A stretch of DNA of 64,000 nucleotides, from positions 4,553 to 68,552 of the forward strand of contig JBGTLA010000109.1 of assembly GCA_041744375.1 (NCBI GenBank), given 5' to 3'. The DNA is from Acidimicrobiia bacterium (GTDB lineage: Bacteria > Actinomycetota > Acidimicrobiia > Spongiisociales > ZC4RG35). Under the pieces are notes generated by a model that was given only the letters and a program-made list of their open reading frames with translations, searched no databases and was not told where the DNA came from. Below are positions 55,831 through 64,000 of this stretch, one piece after another. A program made the translations under genes and the position numbers. Within the stretch, counting starts at the first letter, position 1, and every line of letters begins with the position of its first letter.

Positions 55831-57263
55831 AGCACCTCCACCCGAGTCCGGCCGAAGAGCCCGGCCGGCCGGAAGTTCATCAGCGCCACCAGGGTCGCCC
55901 CGATGAGAAGCAGTCGAGTGACACTCGGATCCTGGGATAGCCGGGTCTGCCAGGCGAGAGCCAGCAGCCACAGAGAAGGAACGAGCACCAACAGCTTGGC
56001 CGTTGGCGACGTCAGGTAGGCCGAAAGGAACATCAGGCCCAACACCGCCACGAAAGCGACGTTGCCGACCAGCGTGGCGTTCTCGACGGGCAGGATGAGG
56101 ATGTGGCTGACCAACGCGCCGAGACCTTCGCCCGGCGGCAGCGAAGCTTCGGGGGCGGCCAGCCGGGCCAGACCGCCGAGGGCTGCCACCGCCAAGATGA
56201 CCGCACCTGCCCGCCACAGGGGCTTGATGGCGACGATCAACGTCAGGACGACCGCTCCGTAGAAGAGGGTGGACGCCAGCGCCACGTCGCGCAACAGTTC
56301 CGGCACCACCACCAGTACGAACGATCCGACCAGCACCCCGGGGATGCTCCCCAATCCCCCCAGCACGATGATCGAGTACAGCGTGATCAGCACGGGCACG
56401 GCGAAGTTGTTGGGAAACACCGCCCCCTGCCAGGCAGCGAACACCGCCCCACTCAACCCGGCGATCGACGAGCCGAACACGAAAGCGAGGAGCTTGAGCC
56501 GCTTGGTGGGCATCCCCATCGTCTCGGCGGCCAGGTCGTTCTCGCGCAATGCCCGCCACCCCCGCCCGATGCGGGAACGGTCGACGTTGTGGACCACCGT
56601 CATCACGGTCAACAACATCACGACGATGATGATCACATAGTGCTTGATGCTGGTGGCCGTCAGTCCGAACAGTGACAGGTCGTCGAGGTTGATGATGCCG
56701 TTGGGACCACCGGTCATGTCCACCGGCCCGTCGGTCCACGGGAGGTGGACCCGAGTCAGGCTGGCGGTGAGCTGATTGAACACGAGCAGGAAGCCGAGCG
56801 TGGCGATCGCCAGGTAATCGCCCACCAGGCGCATCGACGGCAGCCCCAAGAGCCAGCCGAACAAGACACCGGTAGCTATGACGATGATCAACGTCAGGGG
56901 GGTCGGGAGGTGGATCCCCAGGAACTCCGACGACAGGTAGGCGTACGTGTACCCACCGATCCCGTAGAAGGCGACGTAGCCCAGGTCCAAGAGCCCGGCG
57001 AACCCGGCCACGAGGTTCAGCCCGAGAGCGAGAGCCGCGAAGAGAGCCACGGTCCCCACGATGCGCAGCACATAGCTGTTGTCGGTCAGGAGGGGGAAGG
57101 CCGCGAAGCCGACGGCGATCACCGCCAGCCGGAGGGCGAAGGGCACCCGTTCGATGGCCGCCCCTACCGCCGCCACCGGGTCGCGTCGTGTCCGCCCCGT
57201 GTGCTCGGCCACCCATTCGTCGCGACCGAGACGGTCGCTGCTTGCTTTGAGCTCGCCGTTCAT
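55827..57263 (-). CDS. livM: Branched-chain amino acid ABC transporter permease (LivM-like)
   Basis: 478 aa, 8-10 TM, with the usual soluble N-terminal extension. Confidence 0.85.
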   Translation of the reverse strand: MNGELKASSDRLGRDEWVAEHTGRTRRDPVAAVGAAIERVPFALRLAVIAVGFAAFPLLTDNSYVLRIVGTVALFAALALGLNLVAGFAGLLDLGYVAFYGIGGYTYAYLSSEFLGIHLPTPLTLIIVIATGVLFGWLLGLPSMRLVGDYLAIATLGFLLVFNQLTASLTRVHLPWTDGPVDMTGGPNGIINLDDLSLFGLTATSIKHYVIIIVVMLLTVMTVVHNVDRSRIGRGWRALRENDLAAETMGMPTKRLKLLAFVFGSSIAGLSGAVFAAWQGAVFPNNFAVPVLITLYSIIVLGGLGSIPGVLVGSFVLVVVPELLRDVALASTLFYGAVVLTLIVAIKPLWRAGAVILAVAALGGLARLAAPEASLPPGEGLGALVSHILILPVENATLVGNVAFVAVLGLMFLSAYLTSPTAKLLVLVPSLWLLALAWQTRLSQDPSVTRLLLIGATLVALMNFRPAGLFGRTRVEVL

Positions 57264-58189
57264 GCCTTGTCCGGGAGCTTGGCGCCGAGCAGTCCCTGCG
57301 GGCGGATGAGGAGGATGAGAATGAGGACGGCGAAGGCGATGACGTCACGGAACGTCGCCGAGACGAAACCGATGGCGAAGGTCTCGACCAGGCCGAGGAT
57401 GAAGCCGCCGAGCATCGCCCCGGGGATGTTCCCGATGCCGCCGATGACCGCCGCCACGAAACCCTTGAGCCCGGCCAAAAATCCCATGAAATGCCACACG
57501 CGGATGAAAACGAGACCGGTGATGACGCCGGCGGCACCGGCCAGAGCGCTGCCGATGAAGAAGGTCGCCACGATCACCCGGTCGACGTCGATGCCCATCA
57601 TCGCCGCCGCCTCCGGGTCGGTGGCCACCGCCCGCATCGACTTGCCCAACTTGGTCCGCTGGACCAGTCGATGGAGGGCGAACATGAGGACGACCGCCAT
57701 CACGATCGCCAGACCGCGCGTGGCGGAGATTCGCACATCGAGGAGTGAGAGCCCGAGCTCGGGGGGGATGAGGAGTTGGGGCTGGTAGGAGCGGAAGTTG
57801 GCCGACAGGGTGAGCTGAACGGCGTTCTGGATGAAGAAGGACACGCCGAGGGCGCTGATCAGGGCTGCGATCCGAGGGGCCTTGCGCAACCGGCGATAGG
57901 CGATCCGCTCCACCCCCACGCCCAGGATCCCACAGCCGACCATGGCCGCCAGGAACATGAGCAACACCACGAGAACCGCCGGAATGATCGGGCCGGCGCC
58001 GTCCAGGAAACCCGTCATCACGAAGAAGCCGATGAAGGCGCCCACCATGTACACGTCGCCGTGGGCGAAATTGAGCAACTTGAGGACCCCGTACACCATC
58101 GAGTAGCCGAGGGCGATCAGCGCATAGACACCTCCGAGGCTGAGGCCGTTGACCAGCTGCTGGGGAAGTTGTGCGAGGAAGGCGTCCAT
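57260..58189 (-). CDS. livH: Branched-chain amino acid ABC transporter permease (LivH-like)
   Basis: 309 aa; MDAFLAQLPQQLVNGLSLGGVYALIALGYSMVYG start is typical of LivH. Confidence 0.85.
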   Translation of the reverse strand: MDAFLAQLPQQLVNGLSLGGVYALIALGYSMVYGVLKLLNFAHGDVYMVGAFIGFFVMTGFLDGAGPIIPAVLVVLLMFLAAMVGCGILGVGVERIAYRRLRKAPRIAALISALGVSFFIQNAVQLTLSANFRSYQPQLLIPPELGLSLLDVRISATRGLAIVMAVVLMFALHRLVQRTKLGKSMRAVATDPEAAAMMGIDVDRVIVATFFIGSALAGAAGVITGLVFIRVWHFMGFLAGLKGFVAAVIGGIGNIPGAMLGGFILGLVETFAIGFVSATFRDVIAFAVLILILLIRPQGLLGAKLPDKA

Positions 58190-58247
58190 GGGACATCCTT
58201 TGGGGGGCGAGGCCGCGGCGGCCCCGCCCCCCGGCAGGCCTGGTGGC

Positions 58248-59495
58248 TCAGTCGGCCAGCACGAACTCCCCGCCTTCCACTCGGAAGATGAAGAACTGGG
58301 CGCCTACCACGTCGCCGTTGGCTTCGAACGAGAGCGGCTGTCCGAGGATCGTCGAGGCCAGGTTGGTGTTGCCGACCTCGGCCAGCACACCGGCGCGGTC
58401 GACGGTGCCGCTCGCCTCGAAGGCCCTCAGCATCGCCTCGAGGACCACCTGAGCGGAGACGTACGTCGGGGGCCCGAAGGTCCCGAAGTCCCCATGCATG
58501 TCCTGGAACTGGGTGACAACGTCGGCGGCTTCGTCAACTCCGGTGATGTCGGGAGCGAACGAGGAGACATACGAGCCTTCGGACGCTCCCCCGGCCCCTT
58601 CTATGAAGTCTTCCGCCGAGAAGAACCCATCGCCACCGAAAACGGTCACGTCGATCCCCTGCTCTTGCAGTGCCCGGGTGAGCAAGGCCCCTTGGGAGGC
58701 GATCTGGCCGGGGAAGGCGACCACTTCAGCCCCGGAGCCGCCGATGACGGTGGCGAGCGACGAGAAGTCGCTCAGGTCCTGGGTGACCGACTCGCGTCCT
58801 GCAACTTCGGCTCCACCCGCGTCAAGGGCGTCGCTGATCTGGTCGGCCAGCCCGACCGAATATGAGGTCTGGTCATCGATGATGAAGACGCTGGATGCCC
58901 CGATCTCGTCGACGATGAAGTTCCCTATGGTCGGCCCCTGGTCGGCATCGGTGGGCACCACTCGGAAAAAGGCGTCGAAGCCCCTGTCGCTCAGACCGGG
59001 ATCGGTCGCCGACGGAGACACGAAGGCCAGCGTGGCATCGGTGAACATCTGCCCGACGGCATCGACTTCTTGGGAACCGGCCGGACCCACCACACCGTAG
59101 ACGTTGGAGTCGGAGATGATGCCCTCGGCCACCGTCACCGCTCTGGACGCGTCGAGCTCGGTGTCGCCCTCGAACACCTGGACGTCCCAGCCGTGCTCTT
59201 CGTTGAAGTGCTGCACGGCCAGGCGGGCGAAGTTGAGCTGCTCCTGACCGATCGACGCCGCTCCTCCGGTGAACGGCCCCATTACGGCCAGCGTGATGGG
59301 TCCGTCGGGAACTGCTGTTGGGCCCTCCATCACCTCGGTCGTGGTGGGGGCTGGGGTGGTCGTGTCTGCGTCGGGTGCCGGTGCGGTCGTGGTGTCGGGT
59401 GCGGCGGCTGTAGTCGTTGTCTCGTCAGCTTCGCCGCCGCAGGCGGCGAGCACCAGGGCCAGCAACGCCATCAACACCGTCAGTCGTGTTCTCAT
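58248..59495 (-). CDS. Liv-type (periplasmic-binding-protein type I) ABC transporter substrate-binding lipoprotein
   Basis: Lipobox LVLAACGGE, a Thr/Pro linker and a Peripla_BP_6-like body. Confidence 0.8.
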   Translation of the reverse strand: MRTRLTVLMALLALVLAACGGEADETTTTAAAPDTTTAPAPDADTTTPAPTTTEVMEGPTAVPDGPITLAVMGPFTGGAASIGQEQLNFARLAVQHFNEEHGWDVQVFEGDTELDASRAVTVAEGIISDSNVYGVVGPAGSQEVDAVGQMFTDATLAFVSPSATDPGLSDRGFDAFFRVVPTDADQGPTIGNFIVDEIGASSVFIIDDQTSYSVGLADQISDALDAGGAEVAGRESVTQDLSDFSSLATVIGGSGAEVVAFPGQIASQGALLTRALQEQGIDVTVFGGDGFFSAEDFIEGAGGASEGSYVSSFAPDITGVDEAADVVTQFQDMHGDFGTFGPPTYVSAQVVLEAMLRAFEASGTVDRAGVLAEVGNTNLASTILGQPLSFEANGDVVGAQFFIFRVEGGEFVLAD

Positions 59496-59574
59496 GTCTT
59501 CTCCATAGGGTCGTTGGGGATCGCCGAGCCGCCCGGCGGCCGCGATCGGTTTTCATGCGGTCAAATCCGAGGAA

Positions 59575-60357
59575 TCACGCTCCTGCTCGTGCTTTGGGAG
59601 AGCCGGCGGGGCAAAACACTCCGAGAAGAGCGAGGGGCTCATTTCCCTGGTTCTCGAGGCAGTGCACCGAGCCGGGGGGAAGATACACGCTGTGCCCGGG
59701 ACCGATCGGGTGAGACCCTTCGTCGATGTGGACGATGCCTTCGCCGCCGGTGATGTACACGACCTCATCGTAGGTGTGGGTGTGGGGCGGGGCCTTGCTG
59801 CGCTCGATGAAACCGAGGAACTGGGTCACGTAATGGGCGCCGTGGCGGGGATCGATCATCAGTTTGAAGTACCGGTCCATGAGATTACGGTCGGGGTCGT
59901 CACCGGCGGCGATGATCTCTTCTTCCGACTCGTGTACCCACGGCCGGGCATCCTCGACGGCCTCCGCTGACGGGGAGAGCGCCCCGGGTCGTCCCGGAGG
60001 CGGGGCCAGCACCGAGACGAGGTGCAGCGTTTCCGACGCACGGACGCGGTACCCGACGTCGGCCGGAACCAGCAGGCCGGTCCCCGGCCGCAGCGCAACA
60101 TGGTGATCAGCGTAGATGGCCACGCCCTTCCCCTGCTGTACGAAGAGGACGTCCTCGGAGTGACGGTGACGCTGGACGACTTCTTGGCCGGCATCGATGT
60201 GCACAAGCCGCTGGACGAGGTTGGGAGCGCCGATGCGCTCGAGGTCGACCCGGATGCACACCTCACCCCCGCCGCCCGCCAGCTCCTCCCACTCCGCATC
60301 CTCGGGAGCAATCACCGCCGGCTTCGAACCGCCCATCGCCCGGCCATCGTCGGTCAT
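59575..60357 (-). CDS. Bicupin protein
   Basis: Two cupin barrels (IDAGQEVVQRHRHSEDVLFVQQGKG; PPHTHTYDEVVYITGGEG). Start taken at the ATG (Met15 of the track ORF) preceded by GGGAGGGA. Confidence 0.65.
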   Translation of the reverse strand: MTDDGRAMGGSKPAVIAPEDAEWEELAGGGGEVCIRVDLERIGAPNLVQRLVHIDAGQEVVQRHRHSEDVLFVQQGKGVAIYADHHVALRPGTGLLVPADVGYRVRASETLHLVSVLAPPPGRPGALSPSAEAVEDARPWVHESEEEIIAAGDDPDRNLMDRYFKLMIDPRHGAHYVTQFLGFIERSKAPPHTHTYDEVVYITGGEGIVHIDEGSHPIGPGHSVYLPPGSVHCLENQGNEPLALLGVFCPAGSPKARAGA

Positions 60358-60394
60358 CGGCGTATGCTGTCCCTCCCCCATGCACTTGTCAAAT

Positions 60395-60408
60395 ATCAAA
60401 GATCAAAG
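60395..60408. promoter_or_regulatory. Tandem heptamer ATCAAAG-ATCAAAG in the AT-rich divergent promoter region between the bicupin and aldo/keto reductase genes
   Basis: Direct repeat read from the sequence; sharply lower local GC. Confidence 0.25.
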
Positions 60409-60450
60409 GCTGACTTCGCCCGAGAACCGGGCGAGGAGATCGGTGACGGA

Positions 60451-61440
60451 ATGGACTACGTGAACCTCGGCACCACCGGTCTGGCGGTGTCCCGGGTGGG
60501 TCTGGGGTGTGGCAACTTCGGTGGGATCGGAAGTGCTCCCGAGTTCTACGGACAGGGCGAATCCCCCGAGGAGGCCTTCGCCCTGATGGACCGGGCCTTC
60601 GACATGGGGATCAACCTCTTCGACACCGCCGACGCCTACGGTGGCGGCCGGAGCGAGGAGACCATCGGTCGGTGGCTGGCCCAAAAGGGATCTCGGGTCC
60701 GCGATCAGATCATCTTGTCGACGAAGGTGTTCAACCCGGTGGGAGACGGACCCAACGACCGCGGCCTCTCCCGCCGTCATCTCAGGAGGCAGGTCGATGC
60801 CAGTCTCGCCCGGCTGGGTACCGACGCTGTGGACCTCTATCTCATCCACGAGCCGGACCCCTCCACCCCCCTCGCCGAGACCCTGGGGGCGCTGGACGAC
60901 CTGGTCCACCAGGGAAAGGTCCACTACATCGGGGCCTCCAACATGCCGGCGTGGCTCACCGTCAAGGCGCTGGGGGTGAGCGAGCGCCACGGGCTGGAGA
61001 GGTTTGGTTGGGTGCAGAATGCGTTCAGTCTGCTCGAACGGGGCGACGAGACCGAGATGCTGCCCATGTGCGAGGATCAGGGGCTGGGTTACACGCCGTT
61101 CAGTCCCCTGGCCGGTGGCCTCTTGACGGGCAAATACCGATTCGGCGACGACTACCCGGGTGAGTCTCGGATGACACTGCGTCCCGAGCCATATCTGCGT
61201 CACTGGACCGAGGAGACCTTCACCGGCCTGGAACGGCTCTCAGCCGCCGCCTCTGCTCGCTCGGTTTCGGTCGCCGGGCTGGCTCTGGCGTGGGTCATGA
61301 CCGATCCCCGGGTCACCGCCCCCATCGTCGGCCCCCGGGCACCAAACCACCTCGTCCCGGTGGCCGAGGCGCTGAGCCTGGACCTCACGCCCGGCGAGCG
61401 CGCCGAGATGGCGGCCTGGTTCCCCACCGGGGCGGCCTGA
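60451..61440 (+). CDS. Aldo/keto reductase
   Basis: 329 aa. LFDTADAYGGG, catalytic tetrad positions, and IGASNMPAW. Confidence 0.85.
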   Translation: MDYVNLGTTGLAVSRVGLGCGNFGGIGSAPEFYGQGESPEEAFALMDRAFDMGINLFDTADAYGGGRSEETIGRWLAQKGSRVRDQIILSTKVFNPVGDGPNDRGLSRRHLRRQVDASLARLGTDAVDLYLIHEPDPSTPLAETLGALDDLVHQGKVHYIGASNMPAWLTVKALGVSERHGLERFGWVQNAFSLLERGDETEMLPMCEDQGLGYTPFSPLAGGLLTGKYRFGDDYPGESRMTLRPEPYLRHWTEETFTGLERLSAAASARSVSVAGLALAWVMTDPRVTAPIVGPRAPNHLVPVAEALSLDLTPGERAEMAAWFPTGAA

Positions 61441-61441
61441 G

Positions 61442-62395
61442 ATGGTGCCGGCCGAGCTCCCCACGGGCGAGGAGATCGAAGAGGCGCGCCGGCGCCTGGA
61501 AGGCAAGGTGGTGCGCACGCCCCTGGTGCGTCTGCGTGCCGGCGAAGACGATGCCGAGGTGTACTTGAAACTCGAGAACCTCCAGCCGATCGGGTCGTTC
61601 AAGCTGCGGGGCGCCTGCAACGCCATGGAGGGTGCCCCCGCCTCCTTACTGGAGCGCGGCGTCTACACGGCCAGCGCGGGAAACATGGCCCAAGGCGTGG
61701 CCTGGAACGCCCGTCGTCTCGGCATCCCCTGTGTGGTCGTCGTCCCCGACCATGCCCCCCGGGCCAAGCTCGACGCCATCGCTCGCCTCGGCGCCGAAGT
61801 GATCCCGGTCCCGTTTCCCGAGTGGTGGCAGGTGATCGTCGACTCCCACTACCCGGGACTCGAGGGCCTGTTTGTCCATCCCGTCAAGGACCGCGCCGTC
61901 ATGGCCGGCAACGGCACCATCGGCATCGAGATCCTCGAGGATCTCGAAGATGTCGCCTCCGTGGTCATCCCCTTCGGTGGGGGCGGCCTCAGCTGTGGGA
62001 TCGCCGCCGCCCTCGAGGCGCGCGGGTCGCAGGCGCGCATTTTTGCCGCCGAGGTGTCGACGGCCGCTCCCCTCGCCGCCGCCTTCGCCGCCGATCGGCC
62101 GGTGCAAATCGACTACGTTCCCAGCTTCGTCGACGGTATCGGGAGCAGCGGGGTGCTCGAGGACATGTGGCCCCTGGCGCGCCGCCTCATCGACGAGTCA
62201 CTCGTCGTGACGCCCGAGGAGATCGCACAAGCCGTGAGGATCCTCGCCGGACGCAACCAGGTCGTGGCCGAAGGTGCGGGAGCGGCATCGGTGGCGGCCA
62301 CACTGGGCGGCGGGGCCGGGCCCGGACCGGTGGTGTGTGTGGTGTCCGGCGGCAACATCGACCTCGCCAAACTGGCCACGATTCTCACCGGCTGA
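61442..62395 (+). CDS. PLP-dependent (fold type II) threonine/serine dehydratase-like enzyme
   Basis: PLP Lys in LENLQPIGSFKLRGA; a Gly-rich phosphate loop GGGGL. Confidence 0.8.
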   Translation: MVPAELPTGEEIEEARRRLEGKVVRTPLVRLRAGEDDAEVYLKLENLQPIGSFKLRGACNAMEGAPASLLERGVYTASAGNMAQGVAWNARRLGIPCVVVVPDHAPRAKLDAIARLGAEVIPVPFPEWWQVIVDSHYPGLEGLFVHPVKDRAVMAGNGTIGIEILEDLEDVASVVIPFGGGGLSCGIAAALEARGSQARIFAAEVSTAAPLAAAFAADRPVQIDYVPSFVDGIGSSGVLEDMWPLARRLIDESLVVTPEEIAQAVRILAGRNQVVAEGAGAASVAATLGGGAGPGPVVCVVSGGNIDLAKLATILTG

Positions 62396-62780
62396 GGACG
62401 GCGGTGCACTCGATCTCGATGAGCAGCCCCGGGATGGCCAGGCCGGTGATGCCGACGATGGTCTGGGCTGGGTGATCGGTGGTTCCGGTGACTTCTTCGA
62501 TCCCGCGGGTGATGGCCTCGAACTCGGAGGGGTGGAGGGTGTAGATCGTTCTCCGCACGATGTCGTCCCAGCCCACGCCGGCCGCCTCCACGGCCACTGC
62601 GAGATTGCGCATGGCCGCCTTGGTCTGCTCTTCGAGGTCGTCACCTCCCACCACGTTGAATTGGGCATCGAGCGCCACCTGGCCGGCGAAATGGACGACG
62701 GTCGACCCGTCGGCGATGGCGACATGGCTGAATCCGGGGGCGGGGTGGATCCCTTCGGGGTTGATGAGGCGTCTGGTCAT
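62385..62780 (-). CDS. RidA/YjgF-family protein
   Basis: 131 aa; conserved RidA blocks GQVALD...RTIYTL...IEIECTA. Confidence 0.85.
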   Translation of the reverse strand: MTRRLINPEGIHPAPGFSHVAIADGSTVVHFAGQVALDAQFNVVGGDDLEEQTKAAMRNLAVAVEAAGVGWDDIVRRTIYTLHPSEFEAITRGIEEVTGTTDHPAQTIVGITGLAIPGLLIEIECTAVLSR

Positions 62781-62808
62781 TGCTTGCTCCTCTCGTGATC
62801 GGTGCTGG

Positions 62809-63957
62809 TTACCTCTCGGTGCCGTCGAAAGCGACGATGGGGACGCTGGAAAGCTGCTCGCCGCCGGTCTCGGTCACCCGGAAGGTCTCTTGCATGTATA
62901 GGCAGTAGCGGTCGTCGGCGGTGATCACGTGGGGGTGGATCGAGATGATCATGTTCTCTTCCAGCACCGTCTCCACGCCGTCGCCTATGCGCGGATTCGC
63001 CACCATCACCATGTCGATGGAGTGGCCGGTGACGTGGCCCGGCTTGACCTCGAGCCCGGCAAAGGACCCGAACACGGCATGGTGGACGTCGTGGGCGGTG
63101 GTGCCGGCCCTGAGATGCGACCGGGCCTGCTCGAAGCACTCCTTGTAGGCCTCCATCATCCGTCCCGACAGGGGGCTGAGGCCCCCACGGGAGATCGGGC
63201 GGGCGAACTCGGCCCAATATCCGCTCGGTCCGGCGATCTCCACCGAATAAAAGAGCAGGTCGGCGGGATCCACCGGGCGGAAAGCGTCGGGGTGCTTGAA
63301 CTCGGGGCCGGCGTGGCCGTCTCTCCCCGACAGCACCATGTTCTGGGTGGTGCGCTGGGTGCCGCTGCGGACGAAGAGCTCTTCGGCGGGCGCCAGGATC
63401 TCGGCTTCGGTCTTTCCCGGTTCGTACGCCTCCAGCACGGTCCAGAACCCCCGCTCGTTGAGCTCGAAGCTGTGGCGTACTCCGACGAGCTCCTCTTCGC
63501 TCTTGGGGGCCCGAATGAGGTCGAAAGGCTCGTCGTAGTCAATGAGCTCGAGCTCCCCCGCCGACAGGGCCCGGTAGTCACGTACGTTCATGATGAAGTT
63601 CAGCCCGAACACGGCCACTCGCTTCCAGCCGCGTCCCTCTGCCAGTTCTCGGATCCATTGCCCGGGCACGTCGGCGAATACCTGGTCGGGAATCCAGCAT
63701 TCGTCGTGACGGCCGACCCAGCGCGCCTCGGTGGGGAACACGGCCACGGGCTCCCCGTCGCGGGGGATGACGGCGTGGGCATAGCGATGGACCATGCGGA
63801 AGCCCGACACCCAGCGGATTCCGCCCTCGAACCCCGTGTACTCGGAGGCGGCCACCACCAGGGCGTCGATATCGTCTTCGGCCAGTTGTCGACGGATGGC
63901 GGCGTAGCGGCGGTCGATCTCGCCCTGGCTGACAACTCGAACATCTACAGCTTCCAT
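62809..63957 (-). CDS. M24-family metallohydrolase with creatinase-type N-terminal domain (creatinase / Xaa-Pro peptidase / ectoine-hydrolase-like)
   Basis: C-terminal pita-bread fold with metal-ligand His/Glu positions (HSIDMVM..., EENMIISIHPHV). The ATG at 63957 is preceded by GGAGG. Confidence 0.8.
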   Translation of the reverse strand: MEAVDVRVVSQGEIDRRYAAIRRQLAEDDIDALVVAASEYTGFEGGIRWVSGFRMVHRYAHAVIPRDGEPVAVFPTEARWVGRHDECWIPDQVFADVPGQWIRELAEGRGWKRVAVFGLNFIMNVRDYRALSAGELELIDYDEPFDLIRAPKSEEELVGVRHSFELNERGFWTVLEAYEPGKTEAEILAPAEELFVRSGTQRTTQNMVLSGRDGHAGPEFKHPDAFRPVDPADLLFYSVEIAGPSGYWAEFARPISRGGLSPLSGRMMEAYKECFEQARSHLRAGTTAHDVHHAVFGSFAGLEVKPGHVTGHSIDMVMVANPRIGDGVETVLEENMIISIHPHVITADDRYCLYMQETFRVTETGGEQLSSVPIVAFDGTER

Positions 63958-64000
63958 GAGGCCTCCAAGCCACGCACAAGCGCCCACGCCGTCCGGTTGA

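Overview
This is a very GC-rich (about 68–70%), densely coding actinobacterial-type chromosomal segment. I found no rRNA, tRNA or CRISPR arrays by eye. Almost all sequence is protein-coding. The six-frame track is full of spurious Arg/Gly/Pro-rich ORFs, as expected at this GC content. I chose gene models by recognisable domain content, Shine-Dalgarno context and 4-nt stop/start overlaps (GTGA/ATGA).

Contents, left to right:
- A 5'-truncated FAD oxidoreductase tail, a HemG-like flavodoxin, a clear heliorhodopsin (7-TM, conserved C-terminal Lys), GAPDH, and CBS and membrane proteins.
- Two paralogous alpha/beta-hydrolase–class-III-cyclase fusions (LipJ-like) flanking a MarR–GNAT fusion that carries a perfect palindromic operator, plus a hemolysin-III protein and a DoxX protein.
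- A 1219-aa double-zinc-ribbon–cyclase–AAA/STAND–TPR protein.
- A DUF222/HNH endonuclease in an AT-richer, palindrome-rich patch.
- A luciferase-like monooxygenase (LLM family) and an O-methyltransferase.
- Three long minus-strand catabolic operons:
  - Dpp-type ABC transporter with Gfo/Idh/MocA oxidoreductase, an internal IclR regulator, creatininase, aldehyde dehydrogenase, class-III aminotransferase and an MlrC-like M81 peptidase.
  - NitT/TauT ABC transporter with Ldh_2 oxidoreductase, RidA, GntR regulator, SDR, FAD aromatic hydroxylase, two cupins and an ACMSD-like amidohydrolase.
  - Class-V aminotransferase with a LivFGMHK transporter.
- A P450–hydrolase–SDR operon, a carboxymuconolactone decarboxylase (CMD) family protein and an MFS transporter.
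- A bicupin, an aldo/keto reductase, a threonine-dehydratase-like PLP enzyme, a second RidA and an M24 creatinase-like hydrolase.

The most unusual arrangement is a tightly coupled five-gene unit at 44456–52991. It runs: 524-aa domain-less protein → cyclase–AAA/STAND–TPR protein (1084 aa) → 688-aa FAD amine-oxidase-superfamily protein → 201-aa hypothetical → polyprenyl diphosphate synthase. This places a STAND-type signalling ATPase in one transcription unit with isoprenoid enzymes. Four cyclase-homology-domain genes occur within 64 kb.
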